Source: a virus
Taxonomy: Duplodnaviria > Caudoviricetes
Strand: one strand, 5' to 3'
DNA: 29,909 bases
Virus record (IMG/VR): IMGVR_UViG_3300017761_004738
Coordinates: 1 to 29,909 of that record
The translations under genes and the position numbers were made by a program. The stretch's first letter is position 1. Each line of letters begins with the position of its first letter. The notes beneath the pieces were generated by a model that saw only the letters and a list, made by a program, of their open reading frames with translations, was not told the DNA's origin and did no database searches. Below are positions 1 through 8,582 of the stretch, piece after piece.

Positions 1-2
1 AC

Positions 3-338
3 CACTGGCTGGTGTGGCACAAGAAAAACGACGGAAGGTCGTTTTCGGAGTGCGAGTTCGCGTGGACCAATTTCGGTAAACAGTCGAGGCATTTTTCGTG
101 GGGATGGTTGCACAACGACGAGGGCAAAGTGCATCCAACGCAAAAGCCAGCTGCGCTAATGAAGTGGTGCATTGGGTTAGCAGGCGAAGAAGTCAAGACG
201 ATCATTGACCCATTTATGGGTTCAGGAACGACGCTCGTAGCGGCGAAGCTCGAAGGCCGTCAGGCCGTGGGCATTGAGATCAATGAAGCGTACTGCGAGT
301 CAGCCGCAAAGCGTCTGTCTCAGGGGACGCTGTTTTAG
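3..338 (+). CDS. DNA methyltransferase, N4/N6 (beta-class) C-terminal part; 5'-truncated by window edge
   Basis: [15 protein letters not shown] (SAM-binding motif I) and GIEINEAYC motifs; frame is open from position 3. Confidence 0.92.
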   Translation, partial: HWLVWHKKNDGRSFSECEFAWTNFGKQSRHFSWGWLHNDEGKVHPTQKPAALMKWCIGLAGEEVKTIIDPFMGSGTTLVAAKLEGRQAVGIEINEAYCESAAKRLSQGTLF

Positions 339-395
339 GTCAGGGGAACGCTTTATTACCCGTCTGAGCGCAAATAACACGAAGGAGGTTGAGCG

Positions 396-563
396 ATGAA
401 AATTGATATTGCGACTACTGAGCGGTATTTGCATGTGTCTAAGGATGGTGCAACTGCGGCTAAGAGTCCTCTTGAGGATTTGTTGCGGAATCCTGTTGAG
501 CGGCGTGTTGATCAAGAGGCTGTTGCGTTTGTTCCTCGGCTGTTTACTGGAACGGAGGGGTGA
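396..563 (+). CDS. small hypothetical protein (55 aa, MKIDIATTERY...), not in ORF track
   Basis: AAGGAGG at 382-388, ATG 396, TGA 561-563; next ATG follows at 568. Confidence 0.6.
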   Translation: MKIDIATTERYLHVSKDGATAAKSPLEDLLRNPVERRVDQEAVAFVPRLFTGTEG

Positions 564-567
564 GCGA

Positions 568-900
568 ATGGCTGATCTTGTGTCTGATGTGGTTGAGTTC
601 ATTCGTTCCAATCGGGTTCCGGTTAAGCGGCAAGATATTGTTGTTGAGTTGATAACGATTGCGGCGCATTCGGGCGGGGTTTGGCCTCGGGCGAGTTCTC
701 AGGAATGGAATGCGGCGATTGATGCGGCGGTTGGTCGCGAGTTGCTGGCGGTGTCTGGTGATCGCAAGGAGTTTATCGGGGTTCCTGTTGTTCAGTTGGC
801 CGGCGCTGAGGATTCTGCGCCGGTGGTTGTAGGGAAACAGTCGCGAGGGGCTAAGGCAAAGGTTGCGGCCTCGCAATTGTCGTTGTTTGAAATGGATTGA
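568..900 (+). CDS. hypothetical protein (MADLVSDVVEF...; ends in QLSLF clamp-binding-like motif)
   Basis: GGAGG upstream of ATG 568; stop abuts next gene; C-terminal QLSLF resembles beta-clamp binding motif QL[S/D]LF. Confidence 0.65.
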   Translation: MADLVSDVVEFIRSNRVPVKRQDIVVELITIAAHSGGVWPRASSQEWNAAIDAAVGRELLAVSGDRKEFIGVPVVQLAGAEDSAPVVVGKQSRGAKAKVAASQLSLFEMD

Positions 901-902
901 GC

Positions 903-1310
903 ATGATAGCCGAAAAGGTTGTTGATAGGGTTTCGGGCGCAATGAGCGAGGGCGAGCGAGAAGCGGCGGCGCGTGAGCATGCCATTGATTGGCGCGTTGA
1001 GCGGGCGGCGGTGGCTCGGTTGGCTACTGGGGTTGCAATCGGTAGGCCGTGGCGTGTGTCCACTGCTGGGCAAGAACGTATTTTGCGAATGATTCGCGAT
1101 GGTTTTTGCGATGATGTGATTGTGATCAAGTTCAATAAAGCGGCTCGCAAGAATCGCGAGCCGTTTATTACTCCCTCGCATGTGCTTGCTTTGGCTGAGC
1201 GCGGGATTCCATTTCCTCGGGTGGCTGAGGTTCATCGGTGTCCTAGTTGTAATGCGAAGATTGTTACCAATTTTTGCATCGCGTGCAGGGTCAAGGAGGA
1301 AGTTCGGTAG
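903..1310 (+). CDS. hypothetical protein with C-terminal Zn finger (CPSC...CIAC)
   Basis: ORF track 897..1310; two CxxC pairs at the C-terminus. Confidence 0.7.
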   Translation: MIAEKVVDRVSGAMSEGEREAAAREHAIDWRVERAAVARLATGVAIGRPWRVSTAGQERILRMIRDGFCDDVIVIKFNKAARKNREPFITPSHVLALAERGIPFPRVAEVHRCPSCNAKIVTNFCIACRVKEEVR

Positions 1311-1364
1311 GGGGTTTAGTGTTGTTGGTTTGGTGTTGATGTGATTTAAGCGAGGAATTTAAGC

Positions 1365-2198
1365 ATGATGCATAATGCCACTGAGGGCTTGAAATTTCGT
1401 CGATTCGTTCGGCGGTTGCGAGGGTTGCTTAACGAGTGGGCCGGTTTGCCGGTTGATGTTGAGACAATCGCGGTTGGATTGCTTGAGAGGCTTTGGCATA
1501 TTGGCATTCGCGAGCAGCGTAACGGGCGGCTTGGTGAGAAGTTTGCTAACGCTGATATTTGTGAGCTAATTGGCTGGGCGGGTGATCCTGATGCGCTGGT
1601 TGAGTGCTTTGTTGCTGAGCGGTGGTTGGATGTGGTTGATGGTGTGTTGGTGATTCACGATTGGGACGAAAACAAGCCTAATTTTTTGAAAGCCATTGAC
1701 TCGCGCGAGGCTAAGAGGGCGGCGGCTCAGTCGGCTCAACCTAGTTCCGTACCTAGTTCCGCACCTAGTTCGCAACCTAGTAACCAACTAGGTCGGGAAT
1801 CTGGTTTAGTGGCTGGTGTGCAACCTAGTGCTCAACCAGTAGCGCACACCAAACCTAACGTAACCAAACCAAACCAAACCAAACCAAAAGAGAGTGTTAA
1901 AACTCGCTCGCTCGCCTCGGGTTCGGGTGATGGTGTTTTGATGCCAAAAGCGTTTGCCGATTCGGCTGAGTTCGCTCAGGCTTGGCGGCTGTGGGAATCG
2001 CATAGGGTTGAGTTATGCAAGCCATTGAATCCGGTTCAGGCTGAGGCGCAGTTGATGGATTTGCTGCGGTTTGGGCCGGATGAGGCGGCTGCGGTGGTGA
2101 TGTTTTCGATTCAACGCGGGGCGATGAATTTAATCACTGATGGCGGGCATAAGCGCGAGGCGGTGGCGGTCGGTGGCGGGATCGATTCAGAATTTTAG
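1365..2198 (+). CDS. phage replication initiator (lambda O / replisome organizer-like)
   Basis: N-terminal wHTH-like region ending IHDWDE; low-complexity QPS linker containing DNA repeats; TKPNQTKP segment; C-terminal F..AW..W helical domain; sits before a P/G39P-like gene. Confidence 0.75.
   Translation: MMHNATEGLKFRRFVRRLRGLLNEWAGLPVDVETIAVGLLERLWHIGIREQRNGRLGEKFANADICELIGWAGDPDALVECFVAERWLDVVDGVLVIHDWDENKPNFLKAIDSREAKRAAAQSAQPSSVPSSAPSSQPSNQLGRESGLVAGVQPSAQPVAHTKPNVTKPNQTKPKESVKTRSLASGSGDGVLMPKAFADSAEFAQAWRLWESHRVELCKPLNPVQAEAQLMDLLRFGPDEAAAVVMFSIQRGAMNLITDGGHKREAVAVGGGIDSEF
1739..1890 (+). repeat. iteron-like ACCTAGT repeats (12-bp register) plus AAACC pentamer run; candidate origin of replication
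   Basis: ACCTAGT at 1739, 1751, 1763, 1775, 1823; inverted ACTAGGT at 1787; A/C-rich (AAACC)n at about 1850-1890, inside the initiator gene. Confidence 0.65.
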
Positions 2199-2208
2199 GA
2201 TTTGCGAA

Positions 2209-2679
2209 ATGACTTACGACGAATTCAGCGGGTTCATGAAGGGAATCTATAGCGCGTTCCCTGATATTTATTCGGCGATTAAGTTTGCCTCGCCTCAGTT
2301 GAAGGAAACGCATGCGGCTTGGTTCAAGGTGCTTGGGCGGTTTGAGCTTGGCGAGTGTGAGGCGGTGTTGGATGCGTGGATTGATGGCAGTGAGCCGTTG
2401 CCAAGCAAGGAGGATGTTAAGCGGATCGCGTTTGCGGTGCGAGCTATCGTGGCTAAGCGGCGGGCGGCGGCTAGTCGCTCAACTGATGTTGATGGTGAGG
2501 AGTTTGCGCAGTGTCGCGAGCGGCGGCGGGCTGAGTATCAACCATCGGCGCTCGGGTTGCTGGATGTGGCTGAGGCGATGAAAGCGGGTTTGAGAGCTAA
2601 GCAGGCGGTTTTGTCGGGCGAGATTTCTGAGGATGATGCGCGTGAGCGTATTCGGCGGGCTATCGAGTTGGTTGGGTAG
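2209..2679 (+). CDS. helicase loader/inhibitor-like replication protein (G39P/P-like)
   Basis: MT.DEF...I..AFP...W..VL......C..V...W pattern; immediately after the initiator. Confidence 0.55.
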   Translation: MTYDEFSGFMKGIYSAFPDIYSAIKFASPQLKETHAAWFKVLGRFELGECEAVLDAWIDGSEPLPSKEDVKRIAFAVRAIVAKRRAAASRSTDVDGEEFAQCRERRRAEYQPSALGLLDVAEAMKAGLRAKQAVLSGEISEDDARERIRRAIELVG

Positions 2680-2707
2680 TGGTTGGTCGCAAAAAGGAGG
2701 TTCGTTG

Positions 2708-3508
2708 ATGGCGTTGGTGCAACCTATTAAATGGCATGGTGGTAAACATTATTTAGCGTCTAAAATTGTCGCGATGATGCCTACGCATGCGCGGTATCTT
2801 GAGGCGTACGCGGGCGGGCTGAGTGTGCTGTTGGCTAAGCCTTGCGCTGGTGTGGCTGAGTGGGTGAATGACTTAAACGGCGAGCTTACCAATTTTTGGC
2901 GAGTGCTTGCGTCAACGCCTGATCGGATGTTGAGGGCGCTTTGGAGTACGCCACTGTCGCAAGATGAATTTTTGGCGGCTCGGGCGTTTCAGGCGGGCGA
3001 TGATGTGAAGCGGGCAACGGCGTTTTTTATTCGCATGCGCATGAGCCGTCAGGGGCTCGGGCGTGATTACTGTACGCCAGTTAAGAAGCGAACTAGGCGC
3101 GGGATGAATGAGCAGGTGAGCGCGTGGCTATCGGCGGTCGATGGGTTGCCGGATGTGCATGCAAGATTGCGGCGGGTTGAGGTTTGGAATCGGCCCGCAA
3201 TTAAAGCGATTCAGGAATTGGATGGTGACGGCTTTTTAGTTTACGCTGATCCGCCCTACATGCATTCAACGCGCTCAACCAAAAGCGAGTACGGCGCTTT
3301 CGAAATGTCGGTTGCGGATCATATCGAGTTGCTTGATTGCCTTGCGTCGATGCGCGGAAAGTTCATTCTGAGCGGTTATCATTCTGAGTTGTATGGTTTG
3401 TTTGCAGAAAAAAACGGCTGGAATTTGCATGAGTTCGAGTTGCCGAATAATGCATCAAGCGCGAAAGCAAAAGAGCGTAAGGTTGAGGTTGTTTGGTGCA
3501 ATTTCTAG
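2708..3508 (+). CDS. DNA adenine methyltransferase, D12/Dam family
   Basis: KWHGGK, YLEAYAGG, VNDLN and DPPY motifs; AAGGAGG SD upstream. Confidence 0.95.
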   Translation: MALVQPIKWHGGKHYLASKIVAMMPTHARYLEAYAGGLSVLLAKPCAGVAEWVNDLNGELTNFWRVLASTPDRMLRALWSTPLSQDEFLAARAFQAGDDVKRATAFFIRMRMSRQGLGRDYCTPVKKRTRRGMNEQVSAWLSAVDGLPDVHARLRRVEVWNRPAIKAIQELDGDGFLVYADPPYMHSTRSTKSEYGAFEMSVADHIELLDCLASMRGKFILSGYHSELYGLFAEKNGWNLHEFELPNNASSAKAKERKVEVVWCNF

Positions 3509-3543
3509 TTATGAGATTTTAGATTTGAAAAAGGAGTTGGATT

Positions 3544-3831
3544 TTGAAAGTTCCGTTTAGTAAGTCGGTCGATGTGGAGTCTGAGGTTAGTATTGATGTG
3601 GAGGATATTACTAACGCGCTAACTGAGTTACTGAGCGATGCGGGTAATAAGGTTGCAAGTGGTTACGCTAATGATCGATCAAAGGCGTTTGCTGTTGGCG
3701 GGTTTGTTAGTGGCGTTCATCAATGCTTGGCGGCGGTTACTGATGAAATGATTGACTGTATGGGTGGAAGCGGGCGCAAAGTAATTGCCGATGCGCTGCG
3801 TAAGCAGGCGGCGCGGTTTTATGAGGAGTGA
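3544..3831 (+). CDS. hypothetical protein
   Basis: AAGGAG SD before TTG start; genome-typical codon use; overlaps next gene. Confidence 0.65.
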   Translation: MKVPFSKSVDVESEVSIDVEDITNALTELLSDAGNKVASGYANDRSKAFAVGGFVSGVHQCLAAVTDEMIDCMGGSGRKVIADALRKQAARFYEE

Positions 3832-4087
3832 TTTGCGCGGGCTGATCGCTCGCGCGATGCGTGATCCTGATAGGGTTGTTTTGCGGGTGAGCTATCGCGC
3901 GAAGAATGGCGAGGTTACTGAGAGGCTGATTTCGCCGATTCGGTTCAATGAGGCGGGTAATCTACTGGCGCTGTGTATCGGTCGGGGTGAGGTGCGCCAG
4001 TTTGTTTTGAGTCGGTTGTCTGATGCGGTGTTGGTTGATGCCTCGGATGTGCTTATGCCGAGTGGCGTTTCGAAAAAGCCTGATTGA
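3821..4087 (+). CDS. stand-alone WYL-domain protein
   Basis: V.Y....G..T.R.I.P.......L.A.C..R...R.F.L.R pattern typical of WYL (Sm-like) domains. Confidence 0.85.
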   Translation: MRSDLRGLIARAMRDPDRVVLRVSYRAKNGEVTERLISPIRFNEAGNLLALCIGRGEVRQFVLSRLSDAVLVDASDVLMPSGVSKKPD

Positions 4088-4122
4088 TGGATTCAGAGTA
4101 GGCTTTTCATGGATTGAGAATA

Positions 4123-4338
4123 ATGCAAGCGGACAAATGCGAGTGCGGCGGGCGCTGGATGGTTTATTCTACGCGGATTAAGGGGCGCAACCGGTTTCGC
4201 TATCTTCGATGTTCCAAGTGTGCGCGAAAGCCGGATTTTTCGCCGGTTCTAATCCCAATCGAGTACGCGCCGCGCGAGTCGGCGCATAAGCAAGGCAATT
4301 CCGGTGAGTGTTTTGCTATATCTAGCAATGCTCGGTAA
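4123..4338 (+). CDS. Zn-ribbon protein (Ogr/Delta- or NrdR-N-like), candidate late transcription regulator
   Basis: CECGG..VYSTR.....R..RC..C; lies at the early/late boundary. Confidence 0.6.
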   Translation: MQADKCECGGRWMVYSTRIKGRNRFRYLRCSKCARKPDFSPVLIPIEYAPRESAHKQGNSGECFAISSNAR

Positions 4339-4365
4339 TTGGCGGCTTGGTAGCGTTGGTATTCT
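4310..4365 (+). promoter_or_regulatory. candidate late promoter 1: dyad TTGCTA-TATC-TAGCAA, TTGGCG, TATTCT
   Basis: 19-bp GTTTTGCTATATCTAGCAA identical to 13254-13272; TAnnnT 31 nt downstream. Confidence 0.6.
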
Positions 4366-4468
4366 TTGTGAATCGCAATTCTGATCCGCACACGCAGTTT
4401 GCTTAAATGGCGGCTATTCACAATTGCGACTTTTAGAATTTATCCATCGCTGTAATTTGGGGTTTGCG

Positions 4469-5155
4469 ATGATCGGTTTTTCGCGGTTCGTGGATCGAAT
4501 GCTGGCGGTTCTGCTGGTTGCTGTGGTGGCGGCGGTGGCAGGCTGCGCCAGTGATCGCGGGTTGGATTTGGTGTACTTGCCTGATGTGGCTCAACCGGTT
4601 CCGGTTTCCGATTTGCCTGAGGAAATGCGGATTAAAAACTGGATCGGTACGGATGTTGATGGTTCGCGCGGTGGGTCGTGTGTGCATGCGTCAACAATTC
4701 ACTGCTTTAGAGCGGCGGGCCGGTATGATCTTGAGGCGAAGTGGTTTGCGATGCGCGATAAGGGCTATGAGGGGCCTGAGGCTGATTTTCGAATACTGCA
4801 AAAACTTGACGAACAAGGCGTCCCATTCCTCGCAACTGATGGCGAATGCGAGCGCGGCGATATTGATGTTTTGCAGGCGGCAAGCGATACGGGGCGTTGG
4901 GCGGTGATTTTTTACTACCCATCGCATTCGATCAATTTCGTTGAGTTTGCCGATGTAAACGGCGTCGAGAATGCGATTTTGTTGGATAACAATTTTCCTG
5001 ATAAATATATCGCGGTTCCTCGCGATGTGTTTGAGCGTAGCTGGTTGGCTTATGGCGGTTTCGCGGTTGTTCCGTGGATTGAGCCGGTTGTGCCTCGGAC
5101 GTTTGCGCGGGCTGTGCCTCGCGAGTATGTGGCGGCTGAGCAAGTTTGGAAGTGA
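4469..5155 (+). CDS. lipoprotein with papain-like (C39-like) Cys peptidase signature
   Basis: hydrophobic stretch ending VAGC (lipobox); GSCVHAS (Cys), PSHSI (His), LLDNN (Asp/Asn). Confidence 0.65.
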   Translation: MIGFSRFVDRMLAVLLVAVVAAVAGCASDRGLDLVYLPDVAQPVPVSDLPEEMRIKNWIGTDVDGSRGGSCVHASTIHCFRAAGRYDLEAKWFAMRDKGYEGPEADFRILQKLDEQGVPFLATDGECERGDIDVLQAASDTGRWAVIFYYPSHSINFVEFADVNGVENAILLDNNFPDKYIAVPRDVFERSWLAYGGFAVVPWIEPVVPRTFARAVPREYVAAEQVWK

Positions 5156-5207
5156 AAAGCAATTTGCGCGGAGCGATTTGCGAGAATCTTTTTGTCGGGG
5201 GGCTGTT

Positions 5208-5744
5208 ATGCGTGGTTTGCGGTTTGGTGGTTTGGGTGCGGTGGTTGCTTTGTTGGTGGTTGGTTTGTTGGTCGGGTTGGTTGGGCCTGTGAGCGCTCAG
5301 GTGCGTAAGGTTGGCGGTTGGGCGCGGGTTCCTGGTGGTACAGTGTGGCTAGAGCCTGGGCGGCAAGCCTATGAGCATGATACGGGCTTGGTGCGTGATC
5401 TTGCGACGGGTCAAAAGAACTACCCAATTCGTCCAAGTACTGAGTTGAATTATTCGCAACCGTTGGCTTACTCGGTTCCTCAGGTTGCTCCTCAGGTTGT
5501 TGCGCCGGTCGTATTGCCTCAGGTTGGGCCTCGCTTGGTTGCGCCGGCGGTTCCGTTGGTTCCGTTCCAAGTGCCTCAGGTTTATCAGCCTTACGCGAAT
5601 CCCTACTATGTGCCTCAGTACCAATTCAATTCTCGGAATTCGATTGATATTGGACCCTATGGGGCCGGCGGGTGTAGTGGCGGTGGCTGCGGTGCGATTG
5701 CTACGCATGGCGCAATTCGTTCGCAGTGGCGCAAGGTTCAGTAG
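5208..5744 (+). CDS. secreted Pro/Val/Gln-rich protein
   Basis: signal peptide ending VSA|Q; low-complexity PQV repeats; GGCSGGGC near the C-terminus. Confidence 0.7.
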   Translation: MRGLRFGGLGAVVALLVVGLLVGLVGPVSAQVRKVGGWARVPGGTVWLEPGRQAYEHDTGLVRDLATGQKNYPIRPSTELNYSQPLAYSVPQVAPQVVAPVVLPQVGPRLVAPAVPLVPFQVPQVYQPYANPYYVPQYQFNSRNSIDIGPYGAGGCSGGGCGAIATHGAIRSQWRKVQ

Positions 5745-5796
5745 GTTCACAATTTGAGATTTGAGATTTGATTTGAGATTTGAAAAGGGGGTTGGC

Positions 5797-6711
5797 GTGA
5801 AAGGTCTGTTGGCATTGGTGCTTGCGTGCTGCGTGGCTAGTTTTGCCAGTGCGCAGGCGGTTAGCGTGGCGGCGCTGGGTGATGGTGGGTTGAATGCTTG
5901 GCGCACGCCTAAGGCTGGTGGGATTGTTACCAATACTGAGCGCGGTGATTTGTCGTCTAAGGCTTTCCATTTGGTTATCGTGGGCGATGATTCGGGCGCG
6001 GTGGCGGCTCGGTTCTATCGGCCTCAGTCGGCGCAGTTGGCGGCGTTCATGCGTGGTTGCGAGATTCGGCGGTTTGCGGCTGGTGATCCGTTTGTGAAAG
6101 AGCATCATAAAGACTTGATGCATAAACATTCTGAGTTGCCAATTGTGGCTATGGTGGATCGCTCGGGCGGGGTGTGGTGGTCGGCGGGTGGTCGCGAGAT
6201 TCCCGCGAATGAGCAAGATTTAGCTTCGACGATGGCTTATTACTACTCGGAAACAATGACGGCTAAGGCTAAGGCGAATGGCGGTAGCTTGCATGGGCTT
6301 AGGCCGGTTGTGAATCGCGAGAACTATTCGCAACCGCTGTTGAATTCGGGCGGGCCTCAACCGTTTAGGCCGGATCAGGGCGGCGGTAGGCCGTTTTTCA
6401 ATCCTCAGGTTGACATTGATCACAACGTGAACATTCCGCCCAATCTGAGCGGAAGTGTGCAGGGTTCGCTTGATCAGGATACGCGGCGGGCGTTGTATGC
6501 GGGCGGTGCGATGTTGATTGTGTGCGCTGTGTTGCTGGCGGGTGGCATTGTGTTACATGGGGCGTTGATTGGTAACGCTATCACTGATGACGAAAACGAC
6601 AAAAGCGCAGTTGAGCAGGTGCGAGGGTTGTTTCCTGGTGGTTTCGGCAATGGGTTTCCTGGTTCGGGTGTGAGTGGTGCGGGTTCGGGTTCGGTTGGAG
6701 GGGGTCAATAG
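5797..6711 (+). CDS. signal-peptide protein with C-terminal transmembrane helix
   Basis: GTG after AAAGGGG; signal peptide ASA|Q; hydrophobic segment ALYAGG...LIG. Confidence 0.75.
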   Translation: MKGLLALVLACCVASFASAQAVSVAALGDGGLNAWRTPKAGGIVTNTERGDLSSKAFHLVIVGDDSGAVAARFYRPQSAQLAAFMRGCEIRRFAAGDPFVKEHHKDLMHKHSELPIVAMVDRSGGVWWSAGGREIPANEQDLASTMAYYYSETMTAKAKANGGSLHGLRPVVNRENYSQPLLNSGGPQPFRPDQGGGRPFFNPQVDIDHNVNIPPNLSGSVQGSLDQDTRRALYAGGAMLIVCAVLLAGGIVLHGALIGNAITDDENDKSAVEQVRGLFPGGFGNGFPGSGVSGAGSGSVGGGQ

Positions 6712-7133
6712 TGGATCAGAATACTGTCATAACGCTGGCTGTTGTTGGTGGCGTTGCGTTTCTTTTGTTGGTGTGTTTGTTGTTGTTTGTTTGGCGGGCT
6801 TCCAACCAGTTGGCGCGGCGGCGGTTCAATCCATCGCAGCAATTTATTGCTCCCCAATGGGCGCAGCCTCAGGTTGCTCCTCAGGGTAATCAATCGCGCG
6901 GTTGCGAGTGTCCCCCTAAGCGCGGGCCGGAATGTGTGCCGGCGCGGGTTGGCGATGTTGAGGATGTGCCGCATGCGATTTATGGGTTGGCGGCTGGTGA
7001 TGGTTGCGGCGGTGGCGGCAAGTTAACGCGGGCTGAGATTCAGACGTTGGTTAATGAGTTGAATGCGGTTCAGGCGGCTGAGGATCGCAAGAGGTTGTTT
7101 GAGCGTTTGGCGGGCGTGTTGGCGCAAGGATAG
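6711..7133 (+). CDS. membrane-anchored hypothetical protein
   Basis: N-terminal TM helix; start overlaps the previous stop. Confidence 0.7.
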   Translation: MDQNTVITLAVVGGVAFLLLVCLLLFVWRASNQLARRRFNPSQQFIAPQWAQPQVAPQGNQSRGCECPPKRGPECVPARVGDVEDVPHAIYGLAAGDGCGGGGKLTRAEIQTLVNELNAVQAAEDRKRLFERLAGVLAQG

Positions 7134-7191
7134 AGTGCGGCGGCGGAAGATTTGAGATTTGAGATTTAAGATTTGAGAACGGGGGATTGCG

Positions 7192-7398
7192 ATGCGTGGG
7201 TTGATGTTGTTGGTGATGTTGGTTTGTGGATTGGTAGGTTGCGTGGCTGAGCGTGCTGAAAAGTACCAACCTCATCCGAATGCGTCTAATGAATGGATTT
7301 CGCCGATTCTTGGCAGTGATCCCGATGTTTACAATCGGCCCAATCGGCGTCCTGATCAGCCTCAACCGCGCTGTCCTGGGCCGAATTGCCCCAACTAA
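7192..7398 (+). CDS. small Pro-rich lipoprotein (o-spanin-like architecture)
   Basis: LVGC lipobox; Pro-rich mature part ending CPGPNCPN. Confidence 0.6.
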   Translation: MRGLMLLVMLVCGLVGCVAERAEKYQPHPNASNEWISPILGSDPDVYNRPNRRPDQPQPRCPGPNCPN

Positions 7399-7414
7399 GC
7401 AGGAATGCGCGGCG

Positions 7415-7684
7415 ATGGATGAATTGCAGGCTTGGGGTGCGCCAATTACGGGGCTGGGTGTCGCGGCTATTCTTGCTTGGTTCATGTGGTACACAACAAG
7501 TACGCTGATTCCTGGGATGCATCGCGAGCATACGGTTGCGAGTGAAAAGCAGCATACTGAGCATTTGGCGACGGTTGAGCGCATTTGTGATCAGTTTACG
7601 GAATCCCTCAGGGAAGAACGGACTTTGCGAGCGCGTGAAGCGGAAATGATGCGGGCGGTTTTTCGGTGTCGCGGAGAGAATTGA
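7415..7684 (+). CDS. single-TM protein, holin-like (BhlA/UviB-like architecture)
   Basis: ITGLGVAAILAWFMWY TM helix followed by a charged coiled tail; CAGGA SD. Confidence 0.55.
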   Translation: MDELQAWGAPITGLGVAAILAWFMWYTTSTLIPGMHREHTVASEKQHTEHLATVERICDQFTESLREERTLRAREAEMMRAVFRCRGEN

Positions 7685-7685
7685 A

Positions 7686-8549
7686 TTGAGTAAGCAGTTT
7701 GATGGTTTGTTGCCTGGGGATCGGGTTTATATCGCTGGGCCGATGCGTGGTATTGAGTACTTCAATTTTCCGGCATTCGATGCGGCGCGGGATCGGTTGC
7801 GCAAGTTTGGGTTGAATGCTATTTCGCCTGCTGATATGGATCGGGCTATAGGGTTTGATCCGAATCAGATTGCAAACCCTGAGGGCTATGATTGGCGCGA
7901 TTTGAATAAAGTCGGGTTTAACTTGCGCGATGCATTGGATCGCGATGTTGCGGCGCTCAAGGAGTGTGATGCAATCTACTTGCTGGATGGCTGGGAGGGT
8001 AGCAAGGGCGCTCAGGCTGAAAAGGCGGTTGCGGAGTGGTTGGGGTTGAAAGTGGTTTATCAGAGTGAGCCTTTGAAAGCTGAATTTGTGGCTAAGAGGC
8101 TGGCGCGGCGAGTGTTCGGGCTGGTTGATGATCCGCAAACTGATGAGCAATCTGATGAGGTTACTGCTGATCGGTTGCGGGTTGTGCAGTCGGGTGTTGC
8201 GGCGTTGGCTGAGGGGCAGACTGAGGTTAATGAGGCGGGCGGTAAGCAGTCTTTTATTGCGGCGCGGTTCGATTGCATTCCGGCTATTTGTCAACGGTTG
8301 CTCGCGCAGTGCCTCGGGTTTGGTGCGCGTAAGTATGGCAAGGAAAATTGGCAGAAAATACCAATTGAGGACAATCTAGCGCATGCAATTAATCACTTGA
8401 ATGAGTGGCGGTTGGGTGATCGGTCTGAGCCTCATTTAGTTAATACTTTAGCTCGGGTTAATTTCGCGCTGTGGCAGGCTGTGCAAAGCGGGGATCAGGC
8501 TGAGCAGTATATTCATCCTGATATGATTGCGAGCGGTGAGGGTAGTTAG
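7686..8549 (+). CDS. DUF4406 (nucleoside deoxyribosyltransferase-like) fused to dATP/dGTP diphosphohydrolase (DUF5664-like) domain
   Basis: N-terminal VYIAGPM.G...FN..AF...CDAIYLL.GWE.SKGA..E; C-terminal GGKQS...RFD.IP...GARKYG..NW.K...H...HL...EPHL. Confidence 0.85.
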   Translation: MSKQFDGLLPGDRVYIAGPMRGIEYFNFPAFDAARDRLRKFGLNAISPADMDRAIGFDPNQIANPEGYDWRDLNKVGFNLRDALDRDVAALKECDAIYLLDGWEGSKGAQAEKAVAEWLGLKVVYQSEPLKAEFVAKRLARRVFGLVDDPQTDEQSDEVTADRLRVVQSGVAALAEGQTEVNEAGGKQSFIAARFDCIPAICQRLLAQCLGFGARKYGKENWQKIPIEDNLAHAINHLNEWRLGDRSEPHLVNTLARVNFALWQAVQSGDQAEQYIHPDMIASGEGS

Positions 8550-8582
8550 CGGGTTCTCGCTCGCTTACGCTTCGGGTTAGCT

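Noticed and set aside
403-567. N-terminal extension of ORF 403..900
   Set aside because: Better explained by the separate 396-563 ORF with a strong SD and a true start at 568
7686-8549. Z-base (2-aminoadenine) or 7-deazaguanine genome modification system
   Set aside because: Only a diphosphohydrolase-like domain is present; no PurZ, DpdA/Que genes or phage polymerase in the window
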